Assembly (NCBI RefSeq): GCF_006345805.1
Contig: NW_021832242.1
Span: forward strand, 1-61,622
DNA from: Octopus sinensis
Taxonomy: Eukaryota
Direction of reading: 5' to 3'
DNA: 61,622 nucleotides
Part shown: in pieces, positions 13,901 through 24,074 of the stretch
Layout: every line of letters begins with the position of its first letter
How positions within the stretch are numbered: the first letter of the stretch is position 1
The notes under the pieces: generated by a model
Databases searched by the model: none
The model's input: only the letters and a program-made list of their open reading frames with translations
What the model was told of the DNA's origin: nothing
Made by a program: the position numbers and the translations under genes

Positions 13901-15706
13901 AGTTCCGTAATTTCTAACGTATGTCATAGCATCTTGAGTTCGCTCATGCATATATCTTGGTCCTCCCGTGAATGACGAAGGCAAAATAACCATTTGACCT
14001 ACATTAGACACATTACCGTCATTCATTATGGCATCTCTTAGATGTATATACTCTTCTGCTCTCAGTTTCCGCTGATTCAACCGAATGTAGAGAAGTCTCT
14101 CTGCCTCTATTTTCGCATACATATCTACAATAAACTGATTAAATAACTGGCCTGTACGATGTAGAATGTTGAATTCCTGCTCTCTTATCATCAACCTATA
14201 AGAATAAAATTCCATACAACTGGTTTTTTTAGTAGTAGTTAAACCAGTCGACGGATTAAAATGCATTACCTTAAAATTGTACCCATCCTCTCCTCTCGGA
14301 AATAATAATGGGTACTGAAGTGCATCATATGACCGATGTGTCTCTGAAATTCTCATTAATCCAGTGGATCTCTTGTTTATTATTATGTCTCTCGAGTCAT
14401 AGTGTTGACCTACTATTAGAATTCCAACCTGGTTTGACGTTGGTGCGTTGTATCGACGGTTATGTTCATTTGCAGGTGTCCTATCTGCATGTATAATTAC
14501 CTTACAATCTTCATCTGCTGTGGATCTCAGAACAGATCTAAAAGATGAAATATACGTGTTGCACATTTGCAACATATTTTGTAACGAACTAATAATGTTG
14601 CCTCGTAGTCTTGAATCTGCTAGACATCTTCGGTTAGATTGTTCTTCGTGATTATCTATAAAGTAAATTTGTAAAAATTTAAAATCCTCGCCTTCACTTG
14701 GAAGGAGTGAACCCATCCTGTGATACACTTGCCCAAGTACCTTAAATGTGGGCATATAGCCCGTCGGATTGAAATTTCCACTTGTACCAAAAGATGTCAT
14801 CTGAAAAACATTATTGTACCTGCGAATATTATCAACGAAGTGCCTAGATGATGGTGTATCATTCCTCAACAGTGTTAAAAGAGGCTTAGGAGGCGGGTCT
14901 AAAACTGGTAAACGTACCTTTCCGCGACTGCAGCACATTCCGATAGTTTCCCCCTTAAATTTCATAGCTAAACAAAAAGTACATATCTCCGTTAAAGCAC
15001 CTATATTACCTAAATCACTATAGTCAGTGTGTATATTATAACTAAATCCTACGTTTACCAAAGATATATAATTATATAACCTACTATTCCGTCGTGAAAC
15101 GCGATGACGATTTTCAGCATTATGCTCATTCTGGGTTTGTTGGTTCCTTCTTTCTGTATTTCTTCTTGTGTTTTGATTCAGTCGATGTTCCCTCTGGTCT
15201 TCGGGCTCCTGGTCCCGTCTAACAGCAGTCCTGACCTTGTCCAGCTGTTGTCTAAGTTCCCTCTGGTCTTCAGGCTCCTGGTCCCGTCTAACAGCAGTCC
15301 TGACCCTATCCAGCTGTTGTCTAAGTTCCCTCTGGTCTTCGGGCTCCTGTTCCCGTCTAACAGCAGTCCTGACCTTGTCCAGCTGTTGTCTAAGTTCCCT
15401 CTGGTCTTCGGGCTGCTGGTCCCGTCTAGCAGCAGTCCTGACCTTGTCCAGCTGTTGTCTAAGTTCCCTCTGGTCTTCGGGCTCCTGGTCCCGTCTAACA
15501 GCAGTCCTGACCCTGTCCAGCTGTTGTCGAACTTCCTTTTGATTCTGTGTCTCTTCAGACCTTTTCCTAGCCATTCTCAACCTATTTTTTTCTCGTCTAA
15601 ATTTTGCCATTTCAGAACTCTCATTTGACCTCTTAACTGGCATTCTAATTCGCTTACTTAAACTAACGCATATATCATCGTGACTATAGTGTCTTGAATT
15701 AGCCAA
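10962..15706 (-). CDS. Helitron Rep-helicase (HUH Rep + PIF1 helicase), three single-base frameshifts
   Basis: HUH motifs [33 protein letters not shown]. Helicase motifs [37 protein letters not shown]. Frameshifts near 12045, 11725 and 11010. Confidence 0.95.
15187..15531 (-). repeat. Five tandem 69-bp coding repeats (23 aa, [23 protein letters not shown]) in the RepHel N-terminus
   Basis: Unit starts at 15187, 15256, 15325, 15394, 15463. Confidence 0.95.
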
Positions 15707-17372
15707 ATCTACATTTATTAATTTACGTTTTGCGCTATATAGATCATCTAAAACCTGTGTATTTCCAGAATATTCTATGTTCGTTAATCTGGAATCTGTT
15801 TCGACGTACTATAAAATAATTTACAGTTCATGTATTAATACCTTTCTAACATTCGGGTTTTCATTTAGACGATTTGGAAGATTAACTTCTGTAATGCTTG
15901 ATACACTGGCATTACCTCCACCTAGACCTACCTTACCTACACTGCCTACGCCTATATTAACTACAACCTACATCATCTACACCTACACAAACTACATTTA
16001 CCGCCTCACCATTTAAGCACATTTCATCTTTATTACTCCCCCCAATCTCCCCTCGTTTCTCTTTTTTTGTTATATGGTCCATTTTCTCTTGTTTGTTAAC
16101 ATTCTCAGATCTCTCTTGATAGGACATTCTTATGATTTTGTAAACGCGAATCAGTAATTTATATTAAATTTCTACGTAAATTTATTTAGTGAAATTTATG
16201 TAAAGTGTATTATCCAATCAAAGCCATTATACTTAATTGCCTCTATGTTTAAAGGAATTGAAACTTTAGCATAATCGAACTTGTCTGTTTCGGTGAAGAA
16301 AATGATAATCAGCCTCATCTTTGTGGTATTATACAGAAAAAAATTAAAGCCTGTTAAATCAAGGAGATTTAAATATAGGCAAATTGAAATTTACATGGCT
16401 AATTTGAATTTTATTTGCCTCTATCTTTTAAGGAATCTAAACAGTAGCATAATCGAATTTGTCAGTTTCGGCAGTTAAAAAGATAATGAGCCTCATCTTT
16501 GTGGAAAAACATCTAAGCCCGTCGAAGTAATCTGAATAAAGGCAAATGTAATTTAGATGACTAATTTATTGAATAAAGGTAAATGTAATTTAGATGACTA
16601 ATTTGAATTTTAATTGGCTCTATCTTTTAAGGCATTTAAACATTAGCATTATCGACTTTGTTAAATTGCATAAATTCATTATTAAATTTCTAAATTATTT
16701 GACTGGAAGGGATTATATATTTAACTAGCTCGGCAGCTCGCTTCGCTCACCGCGACCTAGCTCCTGCGGAGGGCCTGTTTCATCAAACAACTATAAGTTT
16801 ATGTAGATGTATAAAACTACCTGGTTTAATGTAACCCTATTCTATCGCCTGTTGATAAACGATGTTTGTCGTCCGTCCTTCCTTGGCATATATGAATAAA
16901 TTTTCTCTTCTGCCTACCCTCGAGCATCCCACATACAGCTGTCCATGTGAAAAGCACTCACTCTCTAAAAATAACCCAACTACCTTTAATGACTGTCCCT
17001 GGGCCTTGTTTATTGTCATTGCAAACTTTTTTTTCATTTTTTGTGGTCTATTTTTTTTATATTTAATTTTTCATTTTTTCCTTTGTAATTTCCTTTTTTT
17101 TATTTTTTTATTTTTTTGTTTTTTACTGGCGGAAATGGGGCAGGGGGAGAGCGGCAGGCAAGAAAGCGACACACAAAAAAGATTTAATTAATTACCTTAT
17201 TAAGCTGACCGTTTTTTCTTCAGCTTCGTTTTCCTCCTTCGGTTATCTATTTAAAAATTATTTTTGAATAATAAAAAGTTTAGGAAAAGAGGCATACCGA
17301 AAATAATTCTATCTTTACGAAAAACTCAAGTAAATAGTTAATATTTTTACGCAAATTCTTCTGATTGCGCTG

Positions 17373-17577
17373 TCAATTGGTGGTAAATTGTGTTAATGGT
17401 TGTGCTAATGTGGTTTCAACTATCAAAGTGTTTTTCAAAATCTGTTAATTGCACACTCTATTCAAGGTCGTGCGTCAATTGGTGGTAAATTGTGTTAATG
17501 ATTGTGCTAATGTGGTTTCAACTATCAAAGTGGTTTTTCAAAATCTGTTAATTGCACACTCTATTCAAAGTCGTGCA
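17373..17577. repeat. Tandem duplication, about 102 bp x2
   Basis: TCAATTGGTGGTAAATTGTG... at 17373 and 17475. Confidence 0.9.
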
Positions 17578-17786
17578 ATCTGTGATTGCACATTCTGTCA
17601 AAGTCAAATATGATAATAGCTTTAATTTTGATTCATGGTCGATAATGATATATGCATTTAATTTTAAAGAGAAAAACATAGGATGAATTGAATTTCTTTA
17701 TCGCGAATAATTGGGAGTTCATCATTGTTAATATTCTCGCTGTCGTTTTCATCAAGGATATTCTTAATACGTGAGATTTTTGCCTT

Positions 17787-18590
17787 GAAGGTTTTAATGG
17801 ACCTCATCATGAATGTCGAGGACATTCGCGTTGTTCATTTTAATCAAAATGCAGAAAATAATTTTTGATTTTTTGGGGGGGAAGGTTTTAAGGACTTCAT
17901 CATGTAAGTCGAGGACATTGTAGTTGTTCATTTTAACCAAAATGCAGAAAATTTTTTTTTAATTTTTTTTGGGAGGAAGGTTTTAAGGACTTCATCATGT
18001 AAGTCGAGGACATTGTAGTTGTTCATTTTAACCAAAATGCAGAAAATTTTTTTTTAATTTTTTTTGGGGGGGAAGGTTTTAAGGACTTCATCATGTAAGT
18101 CGAGGACATTGTAGTTGTTCATTTTAACCAAAATGCAGAAAATTTTTTTTTAATTTTTTTTGGGGGGGAAGGTTTTAAGGACTTCATCATGTAAGTCGAG
18201 GACATTGTAGTTGTTCATTTTAACCAAAATGCAGAAAATTTTTTTTTATTTTTTTGGGGGGGAAGGTTTTAAGGACTTCATCATGTAAGTCGAGGACATT
18301 GTAGTTGTTCATTTTAACCAAAATGCAGAAAATTTTTTTTTAATTTTTTTGGGGGGGAAGGTTTTAAGGACTTCATCATGTAAGTCGAGGACATTGTAGT
18401 TGTTCATTTTAACCAAAATGCAGAAAATTTTTTTTTAATTTTTTTTGGGGGGGAAGGTTTTAAGGACTTCATCATGTAAGTCGAGGACATTGTAGTTGTT
18501 CATTTTAACCAAAATGCAGAAAATTTTTTTTTATTTTTTTGGGGGAAGGTTTTAAGGACCTCATCATGTAAGTCGAGGACATCGTATTGC
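17787..18590. repeat. Minisatellite, about 95-bp unit x about 8.5, inside the Helitron
   Basis: GAAGGTTTTAA starts at 17787, 17881, 17976, 18072, 18168, 18262, 18357, 18453, 18545; central units differ mainly in homopolymer length. Confidence 0.95.
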
Positions 18591-18604
18591 CAATTTGAAG
18601 TTGG

Positions 18605-18677
18605 TGTGCACACACAGACAGACAGACAGACAGACACACAGACAGACACACAGACAGACAGACAGACAGACACACAC
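18605..18677. repeat. (CAGA)n/(CA)n microsatellite next to the Helitron 5' end (also about 21684-21704 and 21999-22046)
   Basis: Direct inspection; in each case it sits just inside the TC 5' terminus. Confidence 0.95.
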
Positions 18678-18924
18678 CATACCATTTTATTATTAAGATT
18701 GGTATGCAATTCTATTCAGATTGCCTCTTTTGGCTGGAAGGGATTATATATTAAATTTGCTATGCAATTCTATTCAAATTGCCTCTAACATAAACAGGCC
18801 TTAAAGCTTTTTTAAATTGAACATGTAAATTTTGGCGATCGAAAACAGTAATTAGCTTCATCTTTTGTGTATTATAAGGAAGAAGAGTACAGATAGTCAA
18901 TTCAAGGTAATTTATAAATGGCAA

Positions 18925-18927
<3 letters not shown>

Positions 18928-18955
<28 letters not shown>

Positions 18956-19114
18956 TAAGTTACCTTTCAAAATACAGTCAAATTAATTAATAGAGAATTA
19001 ATGTCGTGAACTTGAGGGTTAGTCCGACGACGAAGCACTGCGGATAGAGAGGCAGTTCCCGCGAAGAATTGCAACCGAGATGCGCTGGAAAAGCCAGCTC
19101 GTCTCCCTCCGGTC
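18928..19114 (-). mobile_element. Extremely 5'-truncated CRE-like LINE 3' end with poly(A) and 11-bp TSD
   Basis: Encodes WLFQRISVAILRGNCLSIRS*; poly(T) on plus to 18948; TSD AATGGCAATTT (18917-18927, 19115-19125); absent from the paralogous copy at about 21140. Confidence 0.9.
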
Positions 19115-19329
19115 AATGGCAATTTGTAATTTAGATGTCTAATATGAACGAATATCATTAAAAAAATATTTTAGAAAAAATACGTTATTAAATTTTTAAA
19201 GTACAAAATTGGTTTTCTTTATTGTTGTTCATTTTTTTATCTGTTTGCATTGTTTTCATTTGATTTTAAGTTTTGCATTTTTTAATGTTTTTGGTATATA
19301 TAATTTTTGTGCATTTTTTAATTCTTTTT

Positions 19330-20225
19330 CCTTTTAGTTTCATTGCAATATATTTTGGATTAATTTTCGTTTGTTTGCATTATCTGTATTTTTCTGTAAT
19401 TATTGTTTCTGAGACTTTAGGAAACACACACACGCACAAACACACACTCACAAAAACACACTCACAAACACACACTCACAGACTCAGAAACACACACACA
19501 GAAACACACAGGCGTATAGACTTTGTTTTTTGTTTTCATATTTTGTTTTATAAATTTGTTTTTTTATTGTGATTTTTTATTTTGTATTTCTATTGTGTTT
19601 TTTTCTTTTTATAGTGTTTTATTTTTCTCTTTGGATTTTTCGATTTTATATCATTTTTTTAATTTTTTTTTAATTTTTCTTTAATTTTTTTTATTTTTCT
19701 TTATTATTTTTTATTTTTGTTTAATTTTTTTAATTTTTCTTTTATTTTGTTTATTTTTCTTTATTATTTTTTATTTTTGTTTAATTTTGTTTAATTTTTC
19801 TTTATAATTTTGTATTTTTTTAAATTTTTTTAATTTTTCTTTATATTTTTTTTATTATTCTTTATTTTTCTTTAAATTTTCTTTAATTTTTTTTGTATTT
19901 CTTTAATTTTTTTTCTTTATTTTTTTATTTTTTTTCTTTATTTTTTTTATTTTTTTAATTTTCATCATTTTTTTGATTTGTATTTCTTTATTTTTCTTTA
20001 AATTTTCTTTATTTTTTTTGTATTTCTTTAATTTTTTTTCTTTATTTTTTTATTTTTTTTCTTTATTTTTTTTATTTTTTTAATTTTCATCATTTTTTTG
20101 ATTTGTATTTCTTTATTTTTCTTTAAATTTTCTTTAATTTTTTTTGTATTTCTTTAATTTTTTTTCATAATTTTTTTTATTTTTTTTTAATTTTCATCAT
20201 TTTTTTGATTTGTATTTTCTTCTAT
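19330..20225. repeat. T-rich low-complexity tract with CA-rich patch and about 120-bp internal duplications
   Basis: Direct inspection. Confidence 0.85.
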
Positions 20226-21411
20226 TTTTGTAGGGAGGATGGGGGGGAGTATTTTTGATTTTTGAGCTTAAAAAACAAATTAAATTAGAATCAACAGTCA
20301 CATAACACACCGAGTAGTTATTTAACAGATTTAAGAACGATAAGATAGATAATTAAAACAGGCATACCCAAATAAATTTAAAGTTAACGCAAAAACAGAA
20401 ATAAATAGTTAATTCATTATTAAATTTCTAAAATAGTCGCGAGTCCAAGTGGCTTTTCGAAAGGATTTCCTTGGCCATAGTACGTGGAAACTGTGTTTCC
20501 ATTTACGAGGCCGGAAATTTAGTTAGTTAATAACTATTTGTCAATTACATATAAATTCCAAAATAAAAAAAAAAAAAAAAAAAAAATAGTTAATATTTCT
20601 ACGCGTTTTCGCATAAATGTCTTGTCAATAGATAATCAATTATGTAAATCTTTATTAAAATTTGCTTTTTACTTTTTAATTTAAAGATTAGCATACTTGA
20701 GGTTGTCAGTTTCGGCGATTAAAAAGATAATAAGCCACTTTTTTGAGATATTATAAGGAAAGATTTGAATAAAGGTAAATGTAATTTAGATGACTAATTT
20801 GAATTTTAATTGGCTCTATCTTTTAAGGCATTTAAACATTAGCATTATAGACCTTGTTAAATTGCATAAATTCATTATTAAATTTCTAAATTATTTGACT
20901 GGAAGGGATTATATATTAAATTTGCTATGCAATTCTATTCAGATTGCCTCTTTTGGCTGGAAGGGATTATATATTAAATTTGCTATGCAATTCTATTCAA
21001 ATTGCCTCTAACATAAACAGCCTTAAAGCTTTTTTTAAATTGAACATGTAAATTTTGGCGATCGAAAACAGTAATTAGCTTCATCTTTTGTGTATTATAA
21101 GGAGAAGAGTACAGATAGTCAATTCAAGGTAATTTATAAATGGCAATTTGTAATTTAGATGTCTAATATGAACGAATATCATTAAAAAAATATTTTAGAA
21201 AAAATACGTTATTAAATTTTTAAAGTACAAAATTGGTTTTCTTTATTGTTGTTCATTTTTTTTATCTGTTTGCATTGTTTTCATTTGATTTTAAGTTTTG
21301 CATTTTTTAATGTATTTTGGTATATATAATTTTTTGTGTATTTTTTAAGTCGAGGACTTTCTTGTTGTTCATTTTAACAAAAACGCAGAAAATAATTTTG
21401 TTTAATTTTTT

Positions 21412-22068
21412 GGCTCGAAGGTTTTGGGGGACCACACCATGTGAGTCGAGGACTTTCTTATTGTTCATTTTAACAAAAACGCAGAAAATAATTTGTTTTT
21501 AATTTTTTGACTTGAAGGTTTTGGGGGACCTCATCATCGAGGATATTCTTTCTTATTAAAATTTTTTGACAGGACGGTTCTTAGAGGATATCAACCTTTT
21601 ATTGTGCCTCATTATCGAATAACTACAAAAGGGAAGGTTTTGACAATTTGATCTGGTTTGTAACAATTTGAATGTGGGTGTGCACAGACAGACAGACAGA
21701 CACACACCATACCATTTTATTATTAAGAGCTCGAAGGTTTTGGGGGACCACACCATGTGAGTCGAGGACTTTCTTATTGTTCATTTTAACAAAAACGCAG
21801 AAAATAATTTGTTTTTAATTTTTTGACTTGAAGGTTTTGGGGGACCTCATCGTCGAGGATATTCTTTCTTATTAAAATTTTTTGACAGGAAGGTTCTTAG
21901 AGGATATCAACCTTTTATTGTGCCTCATTATCGAATAACTACAAAAGGGAAGGTTTTGACAATTTGATCTGGTTTGTAACAATTTGAAAGTGGGTGTGCA
22001 CAGACAGACAGACAGACACACAGACAGACAGACAGACAGACACACACCATACCATTTTATTATTAAGA
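21412..22068 (-). repeat. Tandem duplication (about 320-340 bp x2) that includes the Helitron 5' terminus
   Basis: GCTCGAAGGTTTTGGGGGACCACACC at about 21413 and 21729; both units end in CCATACCATTTTATTATTAAGA (21728, 22068). Confidence 0.9.
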
Positions 22069-22114
22069 TAAGTCTTTTCAAAACAGGTTCATGACCTATG
22101 TGAATCTCCTAAAT

Positions 22115-22510
22115 CAGTGGTTCTCAAACTTTTTTGCCTTGCATACCCCTTGCCATCTAAATAATTTTTCGCGTACCCTTTATCGATTTTTAAAAAATTA
22201 AAGAAAAAAATTATTTAATTAATGAGATGGATGGTGTTGTTTATCAACCACTAATCTATCAATTTCTAGATTCTTTGAGGAATGACATACGAATATCATG
22301 AACAACATTCAGCCTCACACGATGAAATGATTTTAAACTAAACAACGATGAAAATCCTTGTTTGCAGATATATGTAGTCGGAAACAAAATCAAAAATTCA
22401 ATTATATAAAATTCAATGTTGTGACATTTTGATATCATTTACACCAAAATTCAATTAATTGTGCCAAAAATTAAATAAATTTTTCGCGTACCTCAGTTTG
22501 AGAACCACTG
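22115..22510. mobile_element. hAT MITE, 396 bp
   Basis: TIR CAGTGGTTCTCAAAC / GTTTGAGAACCACTG; flanks TCCTAAAT and TCC-AAAT (TSD with 1-nt deletion). Confidence 0.85.
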
Positions 22511-22714
22511 TCCAAATGTTTGGTTCCTCAATTATAAAAAAAATGATTCTTATATTCATAGTATTAAAAAGTATAGTTAATCACAAGTTATAAAATCTTA
22601 AAAAATACGGAAAGTAGCATAATGGTCAATATCTCTCTAGGAATTGAAAGGTCACTTCGTGGAATTTTATTATTATGGCGAACTAAGTTAAAATTTAATA
22701 ATAAATAATTCTAG

Positions 22715-22810
22715 AGAGTCATCCTGAGAAATCCTGGCTCTTGGAACGTCTGTCGATCGACGCGATCCGCGGGAATGGCTCCGCTAGGCGGGCCGAGCGC
22801 CTCGTGAGAT
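22715..22810 (+). mobile_element. CRE-like LINE C-terminal fragment
   Basis: WLLERLSIDAIRGNG resembles the QRxSxAIxRGN C-terminal motif of the other CRE-like copies. Confidence 0.5.
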
Positions 22811-23879
22811 TATTGGTTAAATCATCTCAAATTTGATTATAAATTTTTTGGTTGACATCGTTTAAGGCAACAGAATCTGCTCCTAACAAGAACATCATTT
22901 CACAGATAGTCGACGATGCAATTCAAATAATTTGGTTCAAAGGGAAAATTCCCTTTGTTAATATCGGATTTTTGCAAATTGTATGAAATCAGGTAAAATT
23001 TAATGTTTAGCTGCCAAAAATACTTAAAAATTTTTACTTCATTTCACATGTGCCGTTCACACCATTGTTTTGGAAAATAAGAGACTCTTATCCTGAAATT
23101 GATTTAAGAATAGCTACTGTACAAGCTGCAATTAACAAGAACAATAAAAGAAAATCAGAAACATCGCCGTTCCACTTCGTGTCCATTTAACAAGATGGGG
23201 GTCCTGACTTGATTCAGAAAATCTGATGAGTTTAAAATATTTTCGAATCCTTCGCGAATAATGAATGAACTGGTAAAGAACGTGTTATTATTATTATTAG
23301 AACCAAGATCACCGTCCAAAACATAAAACTAATTAATCAGGTGATCCCGGCTTCTCTGAGGAGGGTCCTCAACTTTGCCCGGTGCTCCTCCCTTGTCCCG
23401 GCACAATTTCTGTGAGGGCGCGGAACGTAATAATTCGATCCTAACTCAGGTTACTGCTCGCATTTTAAGAAAAAGAGAGGGAAAGGCATCGCGGCTTTCG
23501 GTCTTTAAAGAGCTCTGCACTTCGATGAAACTATCGAAATTTCCGAAACGATCTCGAGTGACCGACATATTCATTGATCGGAATTAATAGCATTCGATTT
23601 TGCTTCCAGGCTGAAAAATGAAACGAACTTTGAAAAAGCTCGATTGTCCCAAACAATCGTCTTGTTTAATCTTTCAGTTACTAAGAGCTGTTTCCTACCT
23701 CTTTTTGGCTTACAATAAAAATTTTTCATTCTTTCAAACTGTCATTTTATAATATTTATTTTGTCAAAATCGATTTTGAAATAGAATTGTGCGTCTCGTG
23801 AAGCCATTAGGTAATTTCTAACTTAAATATAATATTTCTAACTTTCTTGTCTGCATTTACGTTTAGTGGTATTATTTCC

Positions 23880-24074
23880 TTTGTACGAATTGTGATTATT
23901 TTTTTAACACAAGCACTTTGAAGTATTAAGGGTAGGGTACTAAAGCTTGATAAAAGTAAAAAAAAACCTCAAAAGAGGCACAAAAATATGATAACCAGAT
24001 AATCCCTACACACGGAAATCTTTAGTAAAAGGCGAAAGATTTATACGCTTTGCATAGGAATCAGATTAAACAAT
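23880..24074. repeat. 195-bp direct repeat, copy 1 (flanks the LINE 3' end)
   Basis: Matches 27408-27602 with 2 mismatches seen. Confidence 0.95.

Larger units (their letters stand above)
16725..18698 (-). mobile_element. Complete non-autonomous Helitron (1974 bp) nested in the larger Helitron
   Basis: 5' A|TC at 18698, 3' CTAG|T at 16725 with hairpin, PIF1 C-terminal tail (16837-17030), no TSD; a homologous empty site is at about 20895-20930. Confidence 0.9.
10833..22068 (-). mobile_element. Composite Helitron (autonomous-type, about 11.2 kb including nested inserts)
   Basis: 3' end CTAG at 10833-10836 followed by T, with hairpin GCAGTGAGCGAAGCGAACTGC (10841-10861). 5' end A|TCTTAATAATAAAATGG at 22068 followed by (TCTG)n. 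Pairing these two ends into one element is inferred. Confidence 0.7.

Noticed and set aside
13464-15628. Plus-strand ORFs (13464-13910, 15104-15628, 15237-15542 and others)
   Set aside because: Antisense shadows of the RepHel ORF and its repeats.
17787-18590. CRISPR-like array
   Set aside because: Units are wholly repeated with no unique spacers, there are no cas genes, the context is eukaryotic, and the array is internal to a Helitron.
18990-19015. 5.8S rRNA-like string GAGAATTAATGT
   Set aside because: Only 12 nt match and it lies in a LINE 3' UTR.
18500-19572. ORFs rich in VCLS/QTD/HT repeats (also 21556-22081)
   Set aside because: Translations of microsatellite and low-complexity DNA.
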